Of a stretch of 64,000 bases of DNA, positions 1 through 11,500 are shown piece by piece; position 1 is the stretch's first letter; each line of letters starts with the position of its first letter. A program made the position numbers and the translations under genes. The stretch is taken from the IMG/VR virus record IMGVR_UViG_3300021387_000452. One strand, written 5' to 3'. The notes beneath the pieces were generated by a model. That model did no database searches, was not told where the DNA came from, and worked only from the letters and a program-made list of their open reading frames with translations. Source of the stretch: a virus (lineage: Duplodnaviria > Caudoviricetes).

Positions 1-170
1 TTCTTTTTATTATCAACAGGCTTAATACAAAGTGCTTTAGCTAATGAAAGATAATCTTCATACTCAAGATTAAGAACATTTGAACCTGGATTAAGAAGAT
101 ATGACTTACCATTTGTAGCATAAACTGTAGTTGGCTTTTTTGAATTAAGCTTTAACTTTAACTGAATCAT
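1..170 (-). CDS. hypothetical protein, N-terminal part (runs off window)
   Basis: Read manually: AGGAG RBS then ATG at 170, open frame MIQLKLKLNSKKPTTVYATNGKSYLLNPG... to the window edge. Confidence 0.7.
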   Translation of the reverse strand, partial: MIQLKLKLNSKKPTTVYATNGKSYLLNPGSNVLNLEYEDYLSLAKALCIKPVDNKK

Positions 171-187
171 ACGTAAACTCCTATAAA

Positions 188-1141
188 TTAATAAAGTCTC
201 TTAAGTCTACGATTTATATATAAACTTTCAAGACGTGAGAGTCGCTTCTCAAGATCAGCTAGATATTCTTCTTGCTCATCTGGCTCAACTGGCTCTTCAT
301 AAGTGTCTGTTTTATCGCTCTCAAGACTACCGGCTACAGCGTCTTTAAGCTGATCAACTTCTCTATCAGCCATTACTTCTTTTGCAGCGTCGACATCAAT
401 ACAGAGCTCATTCTCAATCTCTTCATCAGACTGAAGTAAACCAACTTTTGCAGAAATACCTTTGGCTAAATCAACAACTACACAATCATCAACTAATGAA
501 ATAACAGCCATTAAGTTATCATTGTCATCATAGCACTCAACAACAGAATCAGAAAAGTCTTCATTCTTACTTGATTTCCAACTGTAATGCTCACGAAGCA
601 TACCTTCAATCTTTCTAAGAATAAAAGCTCTCTTTTCTCTAATAGATTCCATAGTAGGACGCTCACCAGTCTCGATAGCGTCATTTAACTCATCAAGCTT
701 ATCATCAAACATTCTACCACTCTCCGTTGCCTTATTATTAATATAGTCAATTAAGGCATTCTCTGCTTCTTTATCAGAATTGAAGCCCTTTGACTTGATT
801 AAAAATCTATCTGATATTCTATTCTGCAGCTCATACTGAACAAGCTTAGTAGCAAGCTGATTAAAGTCACTAATAGATTTCACTTTCTTAGTGCTCTCTT
901 TATCCTGTTCTTCTTTGCTTAGTATATCTGTTATGTCTATATTGTCATTAAATAAGAGCAATTCTAATGAAATAGACGCATCATTAAATGTAGGTGTAAT
1001 TTCTATAGACAGCTCACCAGAGTTGCTAAATCTTGTTGGGCAAGATACAGATAAAGTATTTTTATTAATCAGCTTTGCTGGAAATAGCTCAGAGTTACCG
1101 ATTGCAGATTCCCATATCTTTTTCCAATCTATATCTGGCAT
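188..1141 (-). CDS. hypothetical acidic protein downstream of capsid gene (possible head/core protein)
   Basis: 317-aa ORF with GGAG RBS; C-terminal LEKRLSRLESLY motif shared with other proteins in the window. Confidence 0.75.
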   Translation of the reverse strand: MPDIDWKKIWESAIGNSELFPAKLINKNTLSVSCPTRFSNSGELSIEITPTFNDASISLELLLFNDNIDITDILSKEEQDKESTKKVKSISDFNQLATKLVQYELQNRISDRFLIKSKGFNSDKEAENALIDYINNKATESGRMFDDKLDELNDAIETGERPTMESIREKRAFILRKIEGMLREHYSWKSSKNEDFSDSVVECYDDNDNLMAVISLVDDCVVVDLAKGISAKVGLLQSDEEIENELCIDVDAAKEVMADREVDQLKDAVAGSLESDKTDTYEEPVEPDEQEEYLADLEKRLSRLESLYINRRLKRLY

Positions 1142-1207
1142 AATAATCTCCAGTAAGTTATTAGACAGTAGCTATAAAGAATAGATATTGCATTCATAAT
1201 GATATAC

Positions 1208-1240
1208 AAAAATACCCAGCTGGGATTAACCAGCTGGGTA
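1208..1240 (-). terminator. rho-independent terminator after major capsid gene
   Basis: 11-bp stem TACCCAGCTGG/CCAGCTGGGTA, 6-nt loop, T-tract on minus strand. Confidence 0.8.
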
Positions 1241-1267
1241 AATTAGTGTATTAAATAATTAATTTAA

Positions 1268-2764
1268 TTAGTGGCGACCAAGTTCACCATTAAGAATTCT
1301 ACCACGGACATACATAGCTGGGTTGAGCATCTTTACACCATAGTAGCTAACGAGACCCTGACGGCCAACAAAGTCATCGAGCATTACAAGATCAGTCTTT
1401 GTAATTGGGAGGAAGTCCGCAACTACGAAGCCGGCATCCATATCTGAGCCCTTGTAACCAACGAGGTAAGAATCTTCTGGAACGTATGGTGAGTAAATAA
1501 CTTTGATCTGACCTTCGATTTCACCAACAACGAACGCGCCATTGTTAGGAAGTGTAGCGCCAGTAGCTTTGAAATGATCGGAACCAGCTGATTTAATAAT
1601 GTTGAGGCCCATACGACCAACAACAACCCAGTTACCAAAGCCACGTTTTGTTTCAAAGTTGATCTTAGAAGCACAAGCAAAGATTTCGCTTAAGAAGCTG
1701 AGATCATGTTCGTGCTGTGAAATGTAGGATGTAACCTGACGATCCCATGTTGAGGTGTTCTTGGCCTGACGCATGAGGATGCTAATAACTTCATTATCAC
1801 GTTCCTGACGGATTTCAGCTGTACAAGCATTAACGAGAGCTTCTTCAACGTTGATACCATGAACTTTAGAAAGAGCATAGGAAGCGTCGAATGCGAAGTT
1901 TGCGCGAATCTTGTGAGGGACAGCTTTGATCATCTCTGTACGGAGACGAAGTTCAAGACTCTCAGTCTCAGAAGGAACGTGAGAAAGATCCTGGAAGTAT
2001 GTGAGTGAAACAGTGTCTGTTGCAGCAATTGTTTCACCAGAGTTACCAAGCTCTAAAGTAAACTCACCACTCTCTGGATTAATTTCAAATGATGGAGCAG
2101 TTCCAGTAGCAGCTTTTAACTCAGTGAAGCAACCATCAGCGTCAACTCTTCCAACTACCCATGGATCATCATCATGCTTACGACGAGCACGATATGTAAC
2201 CATCGCTGATTCATTATGGATGTCGATTGGAGTCTCAGGTTTTACCTTAACTGGTAAATGCATCATAAAACCAGTAACTTTTGTAGTTGAGTCACCTGAC
2301 GCTGGCTTTACATTAACAGGTTCTTCACTAATGCGTTCGCTAGCGGCCATAATACCAGCATCAGCACCACGCATTGCACCCCACTGATCGATGGCGATAC
2401 CATCTTTCTTAGCGTTACCACGAGTATTGCCATAGGTGTACTGTAAGAAACGAATTACACCAAGAGGAGAATCGATTGACTGAACGGAAACGATATCATC
2501 AATGATCTGGCTTGCATAAATTGCACTAACCATATCGATGGAGTGCTCAGGGAACCAGTCAATGCTATTATACTGAGAAGCAGGAACGCCATCAACTAAA
2601 GATTCATTCTTTACATTACGAATGGCTTTAAGATCTGAAAGGGCTTTATTAGTATTATTGAGAACGTTTGCAAGTGTGGCTTTAGCATCATCACTCATGC
2701 CACCACGAATAGACTCAACTACACTAATCTTGTTTTGAAAAGCTTCAACAACGACGTTATTCAT
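1268..2764 (-). CDS. major capsid protein, T4 gp23-like
   Basis: gp23-type motifs IVSVQSIDSPLGVIRFLQY, GFGNWVVVG, YLVGYKGSDMDAGFVVADFLP, GLVSYYG; AGGAGG RBS; follows the prohead protease. Confidence 0.93.
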   Translation of the reverse strand: MNNVVVEAFQNKISVVESIRGGMSDDAKATLANVLNNTNKALSDLKAIRNVKNESLVDGVPASQYNSIDWFPEHSIDMVSAIYASQIIDDIVSVQSIDSPLGVIRFLQYTYGNTRGNAKKDGIAIDQWGAMRGADAGIMAASERISEEPVNVKPASGDSTTKVTGFMMHLPVKVKPETPIDIHNESAMVTYRARRKHDDDPWVVGRVDADGCFTELKAATGTAPSFEINPESGEFTLELGNSGETIAATDTVSLTYFQDLSHVPSETESLELRLRTEMIKAVPHKIRANFAFDASYALSKVHGINVEEALVNACTAEIRQERDNEVISILMRQAKNTSTWDRQVTSYISQHEHDLSFLSEIFACASKINFETKRGFGNWVVVGRMGLNIIKSAGSDHFKATGATLPNNGAFVVGEIEGQIKVIYSPYVPEDSYLVGYKGSDMDAGFVVADFLPITKTDLVMLDDFVGRQGLVSYYGVKMLNPAMYVRGRILNGELGRH

Positions 2765-3809
2765 ATGAAAACCTCCTGAAATGTGAACACATTCTTTCTA
2801 AAATAGAAGTATCTTTTTTATCGAAAATATTTTCTGTTCTAAGACTTTCGTTAAACTTAGAGTCATCCCTAAATTTATTGATACTTAGATCATCACTGTC
2901 GTTACATTTAATAGATATTGGGTTTGATTTTTGCTGAACTTTTGAAGATGACTCATTAACAATCTTGGTCTGAGGAGCTTTAGTTCTACGCTCTTTAGCT
3001 TCAGTAATTAACTGCTTTGCTTCTTTTATAAGATTAGATAATTTGTCTTCATAAGTTACACGATTGAATTTCTTCAAAGAAGCATCTAATGATTCTGATA
3101 AACGATTTACAGACTCCAACATTGCATTAATATTGATCTTGTTCTCTCGTTTGCAGATCTCATTATCCAATGTTCTAATACGAGATTCAAATACTGGATT
3201 CTTAAATGACTTCAAAGCTGCAGATGACTCTTTAAGCTCTGATGTAGTCATTTTCTCTAAAGGTTTAGATATTGGATCAGCTTTTTCTAAACGAGCGCAT
3301 TTAAAGCCAGGCTCAGTAACAGCATCAAAAGTAATAAGCTCATATGAGTTTTCAAGGATTACTTCATGGCCGTCTTTCTGAATAGAATCAGCTACTGCTC
3401 TAGCAGATATACCGAGCTTAGTACCATATTGAGCTAACGTATTAAGAATTCTACCAGTTGGAGTATCAAGAACATCAAACTCGCCATAAAGAAGATTGCC
3501 ATCTCCATCTGGAACCCAGAGTCTCTTACAAGCAATACCCACTTGTGGATAGCTAATGTCAATGCGATTTTCAGGGTGACCACCTTCACCCAGCATTGAT
3601 CTGTTCTTAATACACTCTTGAACTGTAGGGTTATGTAATATCCGATCTTCTACTAATTTACGTGAATAAATTCTGTTATTTCTATTGACCGCGCCGAACT
3701 CCATGCACGGGCCGACTAATGTACAAAGAACTCCAGAAGTCTTATTCTCATTCGTAGTCTTCATTTCGGATATAATTGATTCAGTAAAAACCTTCATTAT
3801 ACCCTCCAA
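2757..3809 (-). CDS. prohead core protease, T4 gp21-like, with long C-terminal helical extension
   Basis: NRNNRIY, LGEGGHP, LDTPTGRIL, LGISARA (catalytic Ser region), ITFDAVTEPG. Confidence 0.92.
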   Translation of the reverse strand: MEGIMKVFTESIISEMKTTNENKTSGVLCTLVGPCMEFGAVNRNNRIYSRKLVEDRILHNPTVQECIKNRSMLGEGGHPENRIDISYPQVGIACKRLWVPDGDGNLLYGEFDVLDTPTGRILNTLAQYGTKLGISARAVADSIQKDGHEVILENSYELITFDAVTEPGFKCARLEKADPISKPLEKMTTSELKESSAALKSFKNPVFESRIRTLDNEICKRENKININAMLESVNRLSESLDASLKKFNRVTYEDKLSNLIKEAKQLITEAKERRTKAPQTKIVNESSSKVQQKSNPISIKCNDSDDLSINKFRDDSKFNESLRTENIFDKKDTSILERMCSHFRRFSYE

Positions 3810-3918
3810 AATAGTGTGTATGAATAAACTATATTTATTAGATATTGATGATTAGTTTCAGTATTGTAGGCTCTTATAATAATAGATAATTAGCATTGAA
3901 AAAGTGTGATTATACAGA

Positions 3919-3948
3919 AATAGCGTAGAGAAGCTTCTCTACGCTATT
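3919..3948 (-). terminator. terminator-like 30-bp perfect palindrome
   Basis: AATAGCGTAGAGAAG|CTTCTCTACGCTATT just downstream of ORF 3971-4663. Confidence 0.7.
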
Positions 3949-3970
3949 AATGCATTAATTAGTAATTAAA

Positions 3971-4663
3971 TTACCAGCGAATGTTTAGTGGACGGCAATG
4001 TTTTACAAATTCCATCATTGTTGGGTTAGGCATACGAGTGCATTCATTGTCATTGCGAGCACGAGCAACAAGATGAATCTGATAATCACCTGGATCAAGA
4101 TTTACTGTCTCAGCATTGTTATGAGTTGTAGCAGCGCCAGTTGTAAGAACAAAGTTAACAGTTACTTTAGTACCAGCTTTTGGAGCTGCAGCGGCTAATC
4201 TAACGATGCATTTATCAGCTGGCTCACCCTCAGCAGGCCCAACGATTGTTGGAGTAGCTCCACCTTCAACGACACAATCACCAACAACTAACTTCTTAGC
4301 ATTATCATCACCAGAAGCATTAAATAGACCAGAAAGATCTAAATCAGTTGAACCCTCTGGAACAACACGAGTAATGCTGCCTTTAACAGTAAGAACACAC
4401 TCATCTGTTTTAATAGCCATACTATCTTCACCAGATGCAGCTTCTGCTTTGTAGCCAAAGTGACCCTCAGCAACTACGCCGGTACCAACGTGACGAAGAT
4501 GAATGCTACCATTGGCAGTTTTTGCAGGTACTGCATCAGAACCACTGCCACTAGCAGCGGCTAACTGAAGAGTAGCATCTGTAATCTTAGCTTCATTTAA
4601 TAGAGCGGCATAGCCATTAGGATTAACTTTTGGTCCCCAACCTAAATCATCAAATTTTAGCAT
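3971..4663 (-). CDS. putative virion structural (head decoration-like) protein
   Basis: 230-aa Ala/Gly/Val-rich beta-type ORF with its own terminator, next to the head genes; function inferred from context only. Confidence 0.55.
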   Translation of the reverse strand: MLKFDDLGWGPKVNPNGYAALLNEAKITDATLQLAAASGSGSDAVPAKTANGSIHLRHVGTGVVAEGHFGYKAEAASGEDSMAIKTDECVLTVKGSITRVVPEGSTDLDLSGLFNASGDDNAKKLVVGDCVVEGGATPTIVGPAEGEPADKCIVRLAAAAPKAGTKVTVNFVLTTGAATTHNNAETVNLDPGDYQIHLVARARNDNECTRMPNPTMMEFVKHCRPLNIRW

Positions 4664-4777
4664 ATCAAACCTTCCTTCTTAAGAGTAAGAGAAATAATTA
4701 CTAAGACTAAAACGAAAACAAAGAATGTAAAAATGAATGATCACTTTTACTCTACATTATAATAGATATCATGAAAT

Positions 4778-7700
4778 CTAATCAACGAAGTCATCATCAA
4801 TAACAACATCTACCCTATCAGCACCAGAATACAATGAAGTCATACCATCAACGAATCTATAGCCTTCATTAGAAATGCCACTTCTAGGAACCCAAGTTGT
4901 AGTTACGCCAGGTATACAATAGATAGTATTTTCTGGGTGATCTGAATCGTTCTTATCATCAACTAAGCAATCAATAATGCCTTCATCTTTTGTAGGATTA
5001 AACACTTTAACTTTGTATCTAACTGCACCTCTAGTGTTATCTGAATAGAACTCACTATACGAAATATAATTAGACCCATCGAGGCTGATAATTTCATTTG
5101 TTGGATCATCAATTGCTTGACTATACTGATCTGTTGTAGTAATGTAAACAAGCTGACCATTAAGAATTGGCTTAAGAGTCTGCCAACGCATGATATCAGC
5201 AAGACCATTCCAATACAGGCTTGATTCTTGATCATACCAAACAAGTGGAGTACCTGAAGATGTCCCATCACTTGTTAGATAATTTCCATTGTCATCACGT
5301 AATATATATGGACATACATGAGTTGTGTAACCATATTTCCATACAGTATCGGTTGATTGATCCCAGTCAGGCGGCTTTATAGCAATGAAGTCCTCATTAA
5401 CATACTGTATTGATGAATCATTAAAGATGTATTGGTTATCATTTCTATTGATATTAGAATAAACTGTAGCTTCGTACTGAATTAAGACCTGCCCTCTATA
5501 TATTGGAGTAACGCTTCCAGCTAACATGTAAACGTTATCAGGAACTCGATCTGCTGTACGCCACAGACGAGGCTCTTCCCACTTAGAAGACCAATACTTA
5601 CCATTGTAGAAGCGCATTTCGTATGGCTTTGGAATTGCTAAATTATTCTCATCTCTATATTCTTGATCATACTCATACGCTGCTACTGCAGAAGCCTTTG
5701 ACGGAGTATAGCCATAGTTACTTATAAGTACTCGCTGTGATTCTCCATCGCCAGTGTACATATAATCACGATCACTATCATAAATAAAGATGCTAACTGG
5801 AACATCAATATCATACCAATTCTCGAGAGTGTAGCCATCAATAATTGATATAGGTGATTCATAGCAAGCAGCAAATAATTCTTCTGAAATAAACTCTTTA
5901 AAGAATCCTACAGCTGATGTTGGATTGCTCTTGTGAGCTTCATCATCGTGATAATTAACTAATGTAGAATAGTCATATGTAAGTGCAGAGATTGCATCTG
6001 TTTCAGCGTCTTTTTCTTTATCTATGCTAACATTACCATTGAAGATTCCGTACATGAATGTATCTTCATTGTCGTTGTCACCATCGAATGACCCGTCTTG
6101 ATCGCTATCTGATACATAGCATCTATAGTATGTAACAATGACACTGTCTTTCTTACGTCGAGCGTAATTGATCGGCACATACTCGTGATCATCAATGTCT
6201 ATTCTAGACGGTAGTACTTCAGCTTTATCTTCACTATCTAGTGTGCTATATGGTATGATTGATAATTTATATGGATATTGCGCGTTTGACTTCTTATAAA
6301 GATTCTCATCAAAGTAAGACCAGCCAATATTACCAGTAGCAATGAAGTAAATCTCATCTTCATTTGGAGATAAGTACTTAGGCTCTCTTATTTGATGACT
6401 AGTTGAAACTGCACTGTCATCAGCAGTATAATTCATGTAAATCGGATCGACCCACTGATACGCTTTTCTAATTACAACTGGATCATCTGCTAAGTATCTC
6501 ACGATTGGAGAATCTTTTTCAGCCACGATACCAGTTTTCTGATCAAGATCAGAACCATCTGAAATGATGTTATTTACGTTGACCCATAATAAAGACTCAA
6601 GATCTGATAATGGAAGACATTCACCCTGAGGCTTTATATTATCCCAGCGTAAGATCTCTTCTTTATATAAACTATCACTACCAAGCTTAACTTCAACTTC
6701 TATCTCAATCTGTTCATGACCATTATAAAATCTATCCAAGTACTCATACAATGTATAGTCATCTTCAGATGTAGAGAATATGAACAGATTCTTTGATGAG
6801 CTTTGTTTGTCAATTGGACCAAGCACTATTACATTCTCAGGATGTTCAGTGTCTGACTTATCTGTAATTGATATCACAAAATGATAATCACTACTAATAG
6901 GGAGCGAATCTCCAAATGCCGATAGTATAAAGCATCTATAAGCAGCCGACATAACGTGATATGATATATACACGCTTCTAACAGTAGGGTCGCTTTCACT
7001 AAACTGTGAATATATAAGTGGCTCAGCAACTGCTTGTTCATTAGTAAGAACTTGATCTGCATCATACGTCTTATCTACATGAAGAGCATAGCAATTTAGC
7101 TCACTAGCTTTAAGAGGTAGCTCATCTAGCTTATCGATTTCTTTATCACTACCAAGATTCCAAAGTCTGTTTGGAGTGATTCCCTTATATCTATCACGCA
7201 TCTCTGCATTAGCAGCTTCATCGAGCTCTGGGATGTAATGAGTATGATGAAATCTAAATGTGTACCAAGCTGTGCTTACTAAATTCTTGAACTCTCCATT
7301 ATACCAGAACTTTGGATCTATTCTCCATATAAGTGTTGGACTAAACCCCAGACATCTGCAGCCATAGAGAACTCCAAGTGCATATGAATACATTGCATTG
7401 TAGTCTAGAAGCTTGTAAATCTGCCCATTCTTTCTACGCTCACTGTAGTATTCACTCAAAGTCATATTATACGCCTTTAAATACTTAGCAATGCTAGCGT
7501 CTTCAATGTCTGAGGTGTCGATCAAACTCCCACCAGAATAGTCAGCGTCTGAAAAGATATCTCTAATCTTCTGAGCCTGTCGATCATATAATGTAGCAGT
7601 TTCACTAGACTCAAGTCTAGACATTGAGCTGTTCAAGTCTATAGACTTATTATTTACATCATTCCTAAATATAATAGGAACCGTTCTATCAGACCCAGTA

Positions 7701-8017
7701 CCAGTGAGCTCATTAAGAAGAAGTTTAAGACCATTACAGTTAAATCTCAAATAATATTCGAAATCTTCAATGCTGCTTAGCTGAGAAAGATAGCTATGAA
7801 TCTTATCATAAATCTTGAAATGTTCAAATGGGACTACATCATTTTGATCTTTTATATAGACGCTATTTGCTATTACAAGAGTGTCTGATAAAGCATTCAT
7901 GTACGATGTTACTGATTCTAAACCTAACAAAAACAGCATGGTTGGCTCGGCTACTTGCCATGTGTATAACACTCTATCATAGTAGAACAAAGTGCCATTT
8001 CTAGATGAATAAAGCAT
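4778..8017 (-). CDS. large putative virion protein, paralog of 21778-23592
   Basis: 1079 aa; N-terminal PTMLFLLGLESVT and MYSYALGVLYGCRCLG match PTMLFILGLEAVT and MYSYALGVLFGCVCLG; GGAGGAG RBS. Confidence 0.75.
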   Translation of the reverse strand: MLYSSRNGTLFYYDRVLYTWQVAEPTMLFLLGLESVTSYMNALSDTLVIANSVYIKDQNDVVPFEHFKIYDKIHSYLSQLSSIEDFEYYLRFNCNGLKLLLNELTGTGSDRTVPIIFRNDVNNKSIDLNSSMSRLESSETATLYDRQAQKIRDIFSDADYSGGSLIDTSDIEDASIAKYLKAYNMTLSEYYSERRKNGQIYKLLDYNAMYSYALGVLYGCRCLGFSPTLIWRIDPKFWYNGEFKNLVSTAWYTFRFHHTHYIPELDEAANAEMRDRYKGITPNRLWNLGSDKEIDKLDELPLKASELNCYALHVDKTYDADQVLTNEQAVAEPLIYSQFSESDPTVRSVYISYHVMSAAYRCFILSAFGDSLPISSDYHFVISITDKSDTEHPENVIVLGPIDKQSSSKNLFIFSTSEDDYTLYEYLDRFYNGHEQIEIEVEVKLGSDSLYKEEILRWDNIKPQGECLPLSDLESLLWVNVNNIISDGSDLDQKTGIVAEKDSPIVRYLADDPVVIRKAYQWVDPIYMNYTADDSAVSTSHQIREPKYLSPNEDEIYFIATGNIGWSYFDENLYKKSNAQYPYKLSIIPYSTLDSEDKAEVLPSRIDIDDHEYVPINYARRKKDSVIVTYYRCYVSDSDQDGSFDGDNDNEDTFMYGIFNGNVSIDKEKDAETDAISALTYDYSTLVNYHDDEAHKSNPTSAVGFFKEFISEELFAACYESPISIIDGYTLENWYDIDVPVSIFIYDSDRDYMYTGDGESQRVLISNYGYTPSKASAVAAYEYDQEYRDENNLAIPKPYEMRFYNGKYWSSKWEEPRLWRTADRVPDNVYMLAGSVTPIYRGQVLIQYEATVYSNINRNDNQYIFNDSSIQYVNEDFIAIKPPDWDQSTDTVWKYGYTTHVCPYILRDDNGNYLTSDGTSSGTPLVWYDQESSLYWNGLADIMRWQTLKPILNGQLVYITTTDQYSQAIDDPTNEIISLDGSNYISYSEFYSDNTRGAVRYKVKVFNPTKDEGIIDCLVDDKNDSDHPENTIYCIPGVTTTWVPRSGISNEGYRFVDGMTSLYSGADRVDVVIDDDFVD

Positions 8018-8062
8018 GCTGCTCCTCCAAATTAATATAACTATACTATAACTACTACTTTA

Positions 8063-8069
8063 TTGATAT
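8063..8069 (-). promoter_or_regulatory. ATATCWA putative phage (late) promoter motif, representative copy
   Basis: Same motif in intergenic gaps at 1182, 3839, 4763, 14679, 21763, 24505, 26843, 32773, 33980, 38027, 42378, 45449, 48330, 52753, 58512. Confidence 0.6.
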
Positions 8070-8085
8070 ATAACTTCATAAAAGA

Positions 8086-8109
8086 AAGCCCCTGAATATT
8101 CAGGGGCTT
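8086..8109 (-). terminator. terminator (24-bp perfect palindrome)
   Basis: AAGCCCCTGAAT|ATTCAGGGGCTT followed by T-rich tract on minus strand. Confidence 0.75.
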
Positions 8110-8116
8110 AACTTGT

Positions 8117-8524
8117 TTATTTTCTTATGCAAGCTGGTTTATCTGGCCAAACTACATTTTCTGGAAATCCTTCTTGCTGTGGAATGTCTCTTAATGCCTG
8201 ACGGTATTCTTTAAGAGACTCAAGATCTTCATTTTTCTTCGCTGGCATGTCTGAAATTGTAAAGTATTTGTCAGTTTCACTTAATAGCATATCTCTTTTA
8301 TCTCTTATTTCAAATGCTTTATACTCATATACCGATTCTTCACTAGGTCTCTCATAATTAAGTTCATTCTCTGACAACAGTGTGCGAATATAATTCTGTA
8401 TTTCTGAATCTTCATTACTATGAATGTCGAAAATGTACTCTATTGTTTCACCATCAATAGTTAAACTAAGTCCTAGTTGCTCACAATTAGCAAGCATTCT
8501 AGCTTTGTTTACTGTAATATTCAT
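8117..8524 (-). CDS. tail fibre assembly chaperone
   Basis: C-terminal RDKRDMLLSETD...YRQALRDIPQQEGFPENVVWP, typical of phage tail assembly chaperones; directly follows the fibre gene. Confidence 0.85.
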   Translation of the reverse strand: MNITVNKARMLANCEQLGLSLTIDGETIEYIFDIHSNEDSEIQNYIRTLLSENELNYERPSEESVYEYKAFEIRDKRDMLLSETDKYFTISDMPAKKNEDLESLKEYRQALRDIPQQEGFPENVVWPDKPACIRK

Positions 8525-8541
8525 GATTTCTCCTAAATGTA

Positions 8542-11500
8542 TTACGATATTATTGCTAAAGCAATGTAATTCGCAGCAGATGTTGAATTGATATATACTT
8601 GTGTTAATAAACGTATAGAGCCAGTTAAGTTAGAAGGCGCTGTTTGTGAGGTCGTATCTTTATAGCCAGATGTTGGATCTACACCATAAATAGTACTGCC
8701 ACTATTATACATTCTAAGAATCTTAACAGAATTTACTGTATAGTAACTAGTACCACTAACAGATAAATCCTCACCTCTGTTTATGACCTGATAATATGAA
8801 GAATTTGTTGATTGTGCATTTATTCTAATTAAGTAAATGTTAATATCATATTTAAGAAATACGCTGTTTATATAACCTTTATACCATCTGTATGAACTAG
8901 TGCCTAAATAACAATAATTAGATTTTTCTGGTCGAATAGTCGGCTCTCCGCCTGTATTGTCAATAGCAATATAGTGATTATTTGAGTTTCCGCCAGATAT
9001 ATATAAATTCTGCCATTTATATGAAGTTGAACCTAAATCATAAGAATTATCAGAAGAAGGTATAATATTTGTATTTCCAGAAACAGTTGATGCAGAATAG
9101 CTATTTGTGCTAATCATTCTCCACCCACTGCCAACATATCTGAATAAAACTGTAGCTCCGCTTGCCCAAGAAGTGTTTACAGTAGTTCCTATTGGATTAC
9201 CTCCATCTCTTGTCATTGAATAATCGGTTATGTTTGGCAATTTTAATTTGGGAGAAGAATGCGTGTTTGACGCATTAAAATAAATAGCTATAATCATACC
9301 AGAATGTACAAAGTTTACTGCTGGTGAAATGCTACTTACATTCCAATATGAATTGGTTGAATCCCAAGATGCTGTTCCGTATGGAATAACAGGCGATCCA
9401 AGGAAAAAGTTAGAATATACATACCTCCACCTGTAGCTTGAACTACCTAAATCATATCCTGTTGATGATGTTGTTGGATCTGTGTTTGGAATAATATCAT
9501 CTTTAGCAGTTACTTGAGAACTTGTAGCAGTTAGTTTAGCTGTTGATGAGTACGATAAGTTAGTAGCATTTGTAACTTGAATTCCAGCAATATAAGTAGA
9601 AAGCAAAGTTCCATTAGATGTGACATATAAATTATCAATGTAAGCGCCATGAAAATGTTTATTCGAGTTACCAATGTACCAATTACCACTGTATGGGATT
9701 ATATAGCCATAACTATCTGTGGCTATTGTACTACTTATAGCTAAAGAAGAAACTCTGACCTTACTACTGTCAAATGTTTCAATATAAACATTACTTGTAT
9801 CTGGAGATGCTGTAAATGAAGGTGATATTTTTGTGTAACCAAAATCTGCATTTGTTAATTTTATGTATTTGCCACTATTTAGCAGTTCTAAACTTCCACT
9901 AAATGTATCTGTTGTAAGAGTATTAGTGCTTGGGTTATATTTTAATGAATTAACTGTATCAGTGTATATGGATTTAGATGCAGGTGATGAAGTGCTACTG
10001 TTTATTGACTCAGCAAAAACGACTGGGTATGATTCATCTGTACTGTTACCTAGTAACTTTAATTTGCTTGCACTATCGGCGTTACCAGTTAAATTGCCAG
10101 TTAAAGTTCCTGTAAATGTTTTATTACCGGATATGGTTTGTGCTGTATTTGTAGTAACATAATTTGTGGGGAGATCTGCTGATGTTAAATACACAGTTGA
10201 ATCGATAGTGCCATCAGCTTTTAAGAAATCGCTGGATGTACCAGTAGTGGTACCGTTAACGTATTTAAACCCAGCGGCAGTACAAGAACCAGATCTAAAT
10301 GTACCGTTACCATTCTGATCCATCATCAATGCTTTTGCAGACGTAGGACCAAAGTAAAACTTATCTTGTGAAGCTTGGCAGTACCATAAATTTGTTCCGC
10401 ACTTTAGTCCAATTAATGGATTACTTGCGTCAGATCTAACAGCAACGTAAGAAGTAACACCAGAAGTGTTTAGTAAATTTGCTGAATTTGAAATGCCAAA
10501 GTTGCCTATCATAGTGTCGACAGTTTGGCCATTATATAAATACTTACCATCTGATCTAGCTGTAGTCTTTGCTGGAATAGCTCTAGTTGAACCGTCTGCG
10601 ACGTCGTCTAATGTTAAAGTAATATCTGAAGATAGTGCTTTATTGTTTATTTTTCTTGATGATGTTACATAGTTAGCGTCATTTGTGAAATATGAAACGC
10701 CAGCTGGAATGTCATCTAAGTCAAAATAGCTATTACTTACAGCAGCTGCACCAACTTCTGTAACTACTGATGATGAGGTTTTATAGACTCTAACAATGAT
10801 AACTGTATTTGCTCCAACTGAAGATACTAATGTAGCACTCCATGAACTGCCAGCTGCTATTGTTAATGTTCTCTCATCATTTATTATACCGCCGCTAGAT
10901 GTTAGTGAGTACGAATTTCCAGAACCATAGCTAACATTTAATGTGTAAGACGCAGTTGAAGAATACATCTGCACTCTTACTCTATATGTACCAGCTGTTG
11001 GCATTGATGGGAATAGGCCTTTACAGTTAGCAGCTGGTATTGAAATATTACCTGAGCCAGAGACATTATTTCTATAAAATGAACCAAGAACTTCATAAGA
11101 AGTTACATCATCAGGAATATGTAAATCTACATTCTTATCTGTAATTGTCTGCGCTGTACCATCGACTGAAATTGACTCTAATGGAACTGTAATATTAGCT
11201 GTAACATTTGAAGATGCGTTTGCTGTGAATGTTTTTACAGTTGTGCCGTTCTTCTGAATGGTTAAAGTCGCATTATTAACTGTTGGGATAGTAGGTTTAT
11301 TTGAAAGATCATTATATGAGCCGCTTGTGGCTACTGTAGCTAGCCCAAGATTTATTGTTTTACCAGAACTTGCATTTGTGGTGAAACTATCACCTGTGTC
11401 ATCGCTATTCTTTTTAATCGTAATTGTTGAATTATTGACTGTAGGAATCGTTGGTTTATTACTTAAGTCATTATAAGATCCGCTTGAAGCGACTGTTGAA

